Shown in pieces: positions 57,873 through 64,000 of a stretch of DNA of 64,000 nucleotides; position 1 is the first letter of the stretch, and every line of letters begins with the position of its first letter. The notes below the pieces were generated by a model. The model worked only from the letters and a program-made list of their open reading frames with translations. It ran no database searches and was not told where the DNA came from. Source of the stretch: Polyangiales bacterium. GTDB taxonomy: Bacteria > Myxococcota_A > Polyangia > Polyangiales > JADJQN01. The DNA lies in assembly GCA_964202905.1 (NCBI GenBank), contig CAXNJO010000002.1:544001-608000 (forward strand), written 5' to 3'. The position numbers and the translations under genes were made by a program.

Positions 57873-59162
57873 TCACATCGCGATCGGCGGCTCGGTGCGC
57901 ACGCCGAGCGCGGCCGCACGCGCCTCCGCGAGCAGGTAGATGCTCCCCGCGACGACGACGGTGCCCCCCGGCCCCGCGAGCGACTGCGCACGCGCGAGCG
58001 CGGCCCGCACGTCACGGACGCACTCCGCAGGCCACCCGGCCGCGAGCGCCTCCGGCTCGGCGGCGCGCGGCGTCTCGGGGCGCGTGAGCACGACCGCGTC
58101 GCAGTGCGGCGCGACGCGCGCGAGCATCTGCGCGTGGTCCTTGTCGCGCATCGCCGCGAAGAGCAGCACGCGGCGCCCGCGACGGGGCGCGACGGAGAGC
58201 GCGGTGGCGAGCGCATCGCAGCCGTCGACGTTGTGCGCGGCGTCGAAGAGGTACGCGACCCCGCCGCGGCGCGCGCGCTCGAGGCGCCCCGGCCAGCGCA
58301 CCCGCGCGAGACCCGCACGGATCGCAGCGTCGGGGACGGCGAGTCCGCGCGCCCGCAGCGCGACGAGCGTGCCGACGGCGATCGCCGCGTTCTCGCGCTG
58401 GTGTGCGCCCGCGAGGGCGACGCGCAGGTCCGCGACGTGCGCCCCGCCGACGCGCACCGAGAACGCGCGGCCCTCCTCGCCGTGCGCGTCGACGTCCTCG
58501 CCGAGCCACGAGACGGGCGCGGCGCCGACGGCCTCCGCCCGCGCGCGGATCGACGCCCGCGCTTCGGGGTCACGCGCCCCGACCACGAGCGGGACGCCGT
58601 GCCGTGCGATCCCCGCTTTTTCCGCGGCGATCGCGGCGATCGTGTCGCCGAGGTACGCCTCGTGATCGCGCGCGATCCGGGTGATCGCGCATGCGAGCGG
58701 CGCCTCGAGCACGTTCGTCGCGTCGAGCCGCCCGCCGAGCCCGACCTCGAGCACCGCGACGTCCACGCGCGCGTCGCGGAACGCCTCGAAGGCGAGCAGC
58801 GTCGCGACCTCGAAGAACGTGAGTGGCGGCGCGCCCGGCGCCTCGAGGAACGCGCGCAGCTGCGTCGCCCGGCGCGCGAGCGCGCGCTCGGCGAGGGGGC
58901 GTCCGTCGACGCGCACGCGCTCGACGAAGCGGTGGAGATGCGGCGAGGTGTAGAGACCCACGCGCAGCCCCGCGGCCCGCAAAGAGGCCGCGACCATCGC
59001 GGAGACGCTGCCCTTCCCGTTGGTCCCCGCGACGTGCACGACGCGCAGCCCGCGCTGCGGATCGCCGCGCAGCGCGAGCGCCGCGTGCATGCGGTCGAGC
59101 TCGAGACGGATCCCGCGCGGCTCGAGCCCGTACAGCCATCGCACCGCGCCGAGATAGTCCAT
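57873..59162 (-). CDS. folC: Folylpolyglutamate synthase / dihydrofolate synthase
   Basis: HVAGTNGKGS, YTSPHL, EVGLGGRLDATN, WPGRLE and DAAHN. Confidence 0.97.
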   Translation of the reverse strand: MDYLGAVRWLYGLEPRGIRLELDRMHAALALRGDPQRGLRVVHVAGTNGKGSVSAMVAASLRAAGLRVGLYTSPHLHRFVERVRVDGRPLAERALARRATQLRAFLEAPGAPPLTFFEVATLLAFEAFRDARVDVAVLEVGLGGRLDATNVLEAPLACAITRIARDHEAYLGDTIAAIAAEKAGIARHGVPLVVGARDPEARASIRARAEAVGAAPVSWLGEDVDAHGEEGRAFSVRVGGAHVADLRVALAGAHQRENAAIAVGTLVALRARGLAVPDAAIRAGLARVRWPGRLERARRGGVAYLFDAAHNVDGCDALATALSVAPRRGRRVLLFAAMRDKDHAQMLARVAPHCDAVVLTRPETPRAAEPEALAAGWPAECVRDVRAALARAQSLAGPGGTVVVAGSIYLLAEARAAALGVRTEPPIAM

Positions 59163-59236
59163 CGCGGACCGTGATCTGCCGACGAAGCGGCGCGCCCGCA
59201 AGCCCCGCTGCGCGCGCGGGCCAGCTCGGCGCGGCG

Positions 59237-60076
59237 TCAGTCGACGAGGTGCGAGAGCACGCGGGCGATGGTCGCGCGCATGCTCTGGCGGTCGGCGATG
59301 ATGTCGATCATCCCGTGCTCGAGCAGGAACTCCGCGCGCTGGAAGCCCTCGGGCAGCTTCTCGCGGATCGTCTGCTCGATGACGCGCGCCCCCGCGAAAC
59401 CGATGAGCGCGCGCGGCTCCGCGATGTTGACGTCGCCGAGCAGCGCGAAGCTCGCCGCGACGCCGCCCGTCGTCGGGTCGAGCAACACGCTGATGAACGG
59501 CACGCCGGCCTCGCGCAGGCGCCCGAGCGCGGCGACGGTCTTCGCCATCTGCATCAGCGAGAGCAGCCCCTCCTGCATGCGCGCGCCGCCCGACGACGAG
59601 AGGAGCACGACGGGCTGCCGCTGCGCCGCGCCGCGCTCGAGCATGCGCGTGATCTTCTCGCCGACGACCGAGCCCATGCTGCCGCCCATGAAGCGGAAGA
59701 GGAACGTACCGATTTGCACGGGGCGCCCCTCCATCGCCGCGGATCCCGCGAGGAACGCGTCGGTCACGCCCGTCTTCTTTTGCGAGGCCTTGATCCGATC
59801 GCGGTAGCGCTTGCCGTCCTTGAACTCGAGCGGGTCACCCGAGACGAGGTTCGCGTCGTGCTCTTCGAAACTGCCCGGATCGGTGAGGAGGTCGATCCAG
59901 CCCTCGCCGCTCAGGTGGTAGTGGTGACCGCACTTCGGGCACACCTCGAGGTTGCTGGTGAACTCCTCGGCGAGCAGCGTCTCGCCGCACTCCTCGCAGC
60001 GGCGGAACACGCCTTCGCCGATCGTGCGCTTCTGCGAGGCGTCGATCGCCGCGCGCGTCTTCTCGAACCAGCTCAT
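59237..60076 (-). CDS. accD: Acetyl-CoA carboxylase carboxyltransferase beta subunit
   Basis: CEEC..CPKC zinc finger, FMGGSMGSVVGEK, SGGARMQEG and PTTGGVAASFA. Confidence 0.97.
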   Translation of the reverse strand: MSWFEKTRAAIDASQKRTIGEGVFRRCEECGETLLAEEFTSNLEVCPKCGHHYHLSGEGWIDLLTDPGSFEEHDANLVSGDPLEFKDGKRYRDRIKASQKKTGVTDAFLAGSAAMEGRPVQIGTFLFRFMGGSMGSVVGEKITRMLERGAAQRQPVVLLSSSGGARMQEGLLSLMQMAKTVAALGRLREAGVPFISVLLDPTTGGVAASFALLGDVNIAEPRALIGFAGARVIEQTIREKLPEGFQRAEFLLEHGMIDIIADRQSMRATIARVLSHLVD

Positions 60077-60155
60077 GCCCGCAGCGGGTAGCACGTCCGC
60101 GTCCGCGCAGGAAGGGCGCACCACGGCGCATCCGCTTGCTGGTAGGCTCGGCCGG

Positions 60156-61490
60156 ATGATCTCCCGAGCGGTGCTCGCCCTCGCCGTCGCCGCGCTCGCG
60201 CTGCTCGTCGGCGCCTGCGCGCGCACCGAGTGCAACTTCAACTCGCAGTGCGGCCCGCGCCGCTACTGCTTCGCGTCGTCGTGCCGGCAGGACTGCGCAC
60301 AAGACCTCGACTGCCTGAGCGGGCAGGTCTGCTCGCTCATCGGCCGCTGCGAGTCCCCCTCGGACGCGGGCCCCGGCCCCGCGGATCTCGGTCCGCCAGC
60401 CCCCGATCTCGGTCCGCCAGCCCCCGATCTCGGCCCGCCAGCCCCCGATCTCGGCCCGACCCGCGATCTCGGCCCGGCACCGGTCGACGCGGGCCCGGCA
60501 CCGGTCGACGCGGGCCCGGGTCCCATCGATCTCGGCCCACCCCCCGACCTCGGCGGCCCGCGCCTCGGCTATCTCGCGGACTGCACCGCCGACGCGCAAT
60601 GCGAGTCGGGGCGCTGCGTCGCCGACCTCAGCGCCGGCGCGCGCGTGTGCAGCAAGACGTGCACCGAAGACGCGCAATGCGCCGACTGGCACTTCTGCGT
60701 GCAGGGCGCGCTCGGCACGCCGGGCTTCTGCGCGTGGGACGACACCGGCCGCTCGTGCACCGACGCGACGGCCGATCTCTGCGCCTTCGCGTGCCTGAGC
60801 CCCGGCGGCAGCAATCCCGGGCACTGCTCGCACCTCTGCCGTACGGCGGCCGACTGCGCGGGCGGCTACGGCTGCGTGTTCTCCGCCGCGGGCGACCCGT
60901 CCTCGCTGAAGGTGTGCGCGTGGACGAACCGCAACTGTCCGAGCGCGGCCGACGCGCGCGAGTGCGCCACGTCCCTCGGCGTCTGCGGTGGCGCGGGCAC
61001 CTGGTGCACGGGTCACTGCGCCACGGGCGCCGACTGCCCACGCATCCTCGGCGCCCCCGCCACGTGCGCCGACTCGAACGGACTCGGCTTCAACGTGTGT
61101 GAACCGCCGCTCACCGGCGGCGAGTCGCCGATCGGCACGCCCTGCACGCGCGACGACCAGTGCCGCTCGGGGATCTGCGCGGTGCCCGAGCCGGGCGCGA
61201 CCTCCGTCTGCCTCGAGCGCTGCACGCCGACGTCCGGGTGCCCGGCCGGGTTCGGCTGCAACGCGGCGGTGCTCTCGCGCACCGGCGTCGCCGCGAACAT
61301 CTGCGTCCCCGCCGGTCTCGGCCGCAGCGGCGAAGCGTGCGCGCGCGGTCAGCAGTGCCGCTCGGGCGCGTGCTCGTCGCGCACGGGCCGCTGCATCGAC
61401 TCCTGCCAAAACGGCTTCTGTCCGCCCGGCACCGTGTGCACGCCCGAGGGCCTGACGGTGGAGGGCATCTCCCTCTCGAGCTGCCGATGA
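60156..61490 (+). CDS. Cys-rich lipoprotein with DLG/DAG repeat linker
   Basis: LVGAC lipobox; 21-bp repeats at 60384-60555; many C..D.QC.SG.C modules. Confidence 0.88.
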   Translation: MISRAVLALAVAALALLVGACARTECNFNSQCGPRRYCFASSCRQDCAQDLDCLSGQVCSLIGRCESPSDAGPGPADLGPPAPDLGPPAPDLGPPAPDLGPTRDLGPAPVDAGPAPVDAGPGPIDLGPPPDLGGPRLGYLADCTADAQCESGRCVADLSAGARVCSKTCTEDAQCADWHFCVQGALGTPGFCAWDDTGRSCTDATADLCAFACLSPGGSNPGHCSHLCRTAADCAGGYGCVFSAAGDPSSLKVCAWTNRNCPSAADARECATSLGVCGGAGTWCTGHCATGADCPRILGAPATCADSNGLGFNVCEPPLTGGESPIGTPCTRDDQCRSGICAVPEPGATSVCLERCTPTSGCPAGFGCNAAVLSRTGVAANICVPAGLGRSGEACARGQQCRSGACSSRTGRCIDSCQNGFCPPGTVCTPEGLTVEGISLSSCR

Positions 61491-61525
61491 CGGGCACGGA
61501 CCCGCACCGCGCCTATGTGGCCACC

Positions 61526-61768
61526 ATGACCCGTGCCCTCGCCTGCCTCGGCCTCGCGCTCGCCCTGAACGCCTGCGGCGCCGCGAACATCACCGACGAC
61601 CCCGACCGCTCGCTCACGCCGGCCGAGCGCGCGACGCCACCCTCGCGCACCGCGAGCGACGAAACGGACGGGCCGACCGCACCGCGGGGCAGCGCCGCGC
61701 GGCCCATCGGCGAGGGCGCCGGCTACGACGAGGGCGACGACGAGACGAGCGGCGGCGAGCGCGAATAG
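61526..61768 (+). CDS. Small lipoprotein
   Basis: MTRALACLGLALALNAC followed by an acidic disordered tail; alternative start 61487. Confidence 0.6.
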   Translation: MTRALACLGLALALNACGAANITDDPDRSLTPAERATPPSRTASDETDGPTAPRGSAARPIGEGAGYDEGDDETSGGERE

Positions 61769-61808
61769 CGCCCCGCGCCCGCGGCGCGCGCTCTGGTAGC
61801 TTCGGCCG

Positions 61809-63649
61809 ATGCCTTGGCTGCGCGCCTCCGCACTCGCCGCGACGGCGGGGCTGCTCGTCGCCGCCGCGCTCGCGGCCCGGTCGATCGCGCGCGATCTCCA
61901 GACACCGCGCGCGCTGCACGGCGCGCCCCACGCGACCTCGTCCGCGTGCCGCCGCTGCCACGCGGATCACGACGCCTCCTGGCGGCGCACGTTCCACCGC
62001 ACGATGACGCAGGACGCGCGCGCACCGGGCGCACTGCTCGGTGACTTCGACGGCACGTCGCTGACGTATCTCGGCGTCGAGGCGACGATGGATCGCGGCC
62101 CCGATGGCGCGCCGCGCATGACGCTCCGCGACGCCAGCGGCGCGCTGCTGCGCCGCGCGACCATCGAACGCACCGTCGGCTCCCGGCGCTACCAGCAATA
62201 CCTCGCGCGCGACGCCGACGTGCTGTTCCGGCTGCCGATCGCGTGGAGCGTCGAGGAGGCGCGTTTCTTCTCGCTGAACGGCGCCTTCCTCGGCGCCGAT
62301 CCCGCCGAGCCACCGCCCGACGCGACGGGCATCCCCGCGGGCTACGATCGGCACGTCACGCGCTGGAACGACAATTGTATTTTTTGCCACAATGTGTCAC
62401 CGAATCCCGGATTGGATGCCGCGCGCGGCACCTTCGCGAGCGAGGTCGCCGAGCTGGGCGTCGCCTGCGAGGCGTGTCACGGGCCGGGCGAGGCCCACGC
62501 CGCCGCGAACGCGAGCCCTCTGCGGCGCTACGCGCTCCACGCGAGCGATGTCGCGGACCCGACGATCGTGAACCCGGCGCGACTCGACGCCTCACGCAGC
62601 GCGGAGCTGTGCGGACGCTGCCACGGCCAGCGCATCACGCCGCGGCTCGAGGACTTCCTCGCGCATGGCGATCCGTTCGTGCCGGGCGACGTGCTCGCGC
62701 GCTACAGCGAACCGCTCGCCGCCGACACCGCCCTGCACGGCGAGGCGGGCGTCTTCGCGGAGCGCTTCTGGTCCGATGGCACCGCGCGCCTGACCGCGTA
62801 CGAGTTCCAGGGCTACCGCGCGTCGCCCTGCCGTGCCGACGCCCGCTTCACCTGCGAGACCTGCCACGCGATGCACGACGGCGATCCACGCGGCCAGCTG
62901 CGCCCCGATGCCGCGGGCGACGGCGCCTGCACGCAGTGCCACGCCGCGCTCGCCATCCCCGCGCGTGCGGCCGCGCACGCGAGACATCCCGCCGCAAGCG
63001 CAGGTGCGCGCTGCGTCGCCTGCCACATGCCGCGCGTCGTCTACGGGCTCGTCGATGCGCACCGCAGCCACCGGATCGAGTCGCCGGATCCCTCGGCGCA
63101 GGCGCGCGATCGGCGCCCCGACGCGTGCACGCTGTGCCACGTCGACGAGGGCCGCGCGTGGGCCGTGTCCGCCGCCGCGCGGCTGTTCGGCACGACGGCG
63201 CGAGACGCCGCGCCGAACGCCGCGGCAGGTTCCGCGCCCGACACACGCCTGGACGCGGAGCTCCCCGAGGCCGCGCGCCTGCTCGCGGGCGGCGACCCGA
63301 TCGAGCGCGCCCTCGCCGCGGCTGCACACGGACGGCCCGGCGACTCACCCACGCGCGGCGACGCACGCGCACGCCGCCTCGCGCGGCTGCTCCGCGCCCT
63401 CGACGAGGAGCGCTTCCCGGCGGTCCGCCGCGTCGTCGCGCGCAGCGCCGCGCGGCTCGCGCCCCCGCAGCCGCCCGCGCGCTCCGCGGCTACGACGCGC
63501 TCGCGCCCGAGGACACGCGCCGCGCAGCGCTCGCGCGGGTGTGCGCCGCGCTCCCGGCCGGGGGCTGTGCGCTCTCCGCCGACGAGGCCGCCGCGACCAC
63601 GCGCTGGCGGGCCGATGCACCCGGCCGTGACATCGTGATCGGCGAATGA
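61809..63649 (+). CDS. Multiheme (8x CxxCH) c-type cytochrome with helical C-terminus (frameshift near 63464)
   Basis: CRRCH, CIFCH, CEACH, CGRCH, CETCH, CTQCH, CVACH and CTLCH. The natural end RDIVIGE-stop at 63649 lies in another frame after a C5 run. Confidence 0.9.
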
Positions 63650-64000
63650 GCACCCCCATCGCCGTCGAGTCCCCGACGTCCCCGCGCGCGGCTGCGCGAC
63701 GCTTCGGCTGGGCCTCGCTGCTCGTATGGTCCACGGCGGGCGTGCTGCTCGAGGCCGCGCACGGCTGGAAGCTCGCGGCGGTCCTCGACGACGAGCTGAC
63801 GCGCCTGCTGCTGCGCCTCGGTCACGCGCACGGCGCGGCGCTCGCGCTCGTCGTCCTCGCGTTCGGAGAGGCGGGCGCGCTGCTTTTTGCGGATCCCCTC
63901 GGCGCGCGGCGCGCGGGGGGCTTGCTGCGCGTCGCCGCGACGCTGGTGCCGCTCGGGTTCGCGCTCTCCGCGATCGCGCACCCGGAGGGCGATCCGGGCT
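63646..64000 (+). CDS. Multi-pass membrane protein with HAHG motif (partial)
   Basis: ATGA overlap with the cytochrome; FGWASLLVW..LLEAAHGWK..LLRLGHAHGAALALV..LVPLGF..EGDPG. Confidence 0.8.
   Translation, partial: MSTPIAVESPTSPRAAARRFGWASLLVWSTAGVLLEAAHGWKLAAVLDDELTRLLLRLGHAHGAALALVVLAFGEAGALLFADPLGARRAGGLLRVAATLVPLGFALSAIAHPEGDPG

Overview
Very GC-rich chromosomal window, by eye roughly 70-75% GC. It is almost certainly from Myxococcota, probably Polyangiales/Sandaracinaceae-like. Supporting markers are a TIGR04563-type small protein, a TIGR02266-type PilZ protein, CdnL, FHA+DUF4388, many Cys-rich lipoproteins and a split nuo operon. Core content: nuoE-F-J-K-L, a CreB/CreC-like two-component operon, mlaF-mlaD, an S41 protease, Rqc2/NFACT, cdnL-rng, rpsB-tsf-pyrH-frr, clsB, yacG and accD-folC-hemD-hemE-hemG. 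These are interleaved with uncharacterised envelope and signalling genes. No rRNA, tRNA, CRISPR array or mobile element is evident. About seven genes, including essential rpsB, carry single-base frameshifts, most likely long-read indel errors. Best leads: (1) NuoL with a >200-aa C-terminal extension containing PKD-like and degenerate parvulin-like segments; (2) zinc-ribbon, GFG-repeat and tandem-FHA proteins that may form a phospho-Thr signalling module; (3) an octaheme cytochrome coupled to an HAH-motif membrane protein; (4) a shared D-[L/A/M]-G linker in five exported proteins; (5) a zincin/propeller/Omp85 fusion; (6) apparently leaderless genes and structured non-coding segments. All family assignments are by motif recognition; no database search was run.
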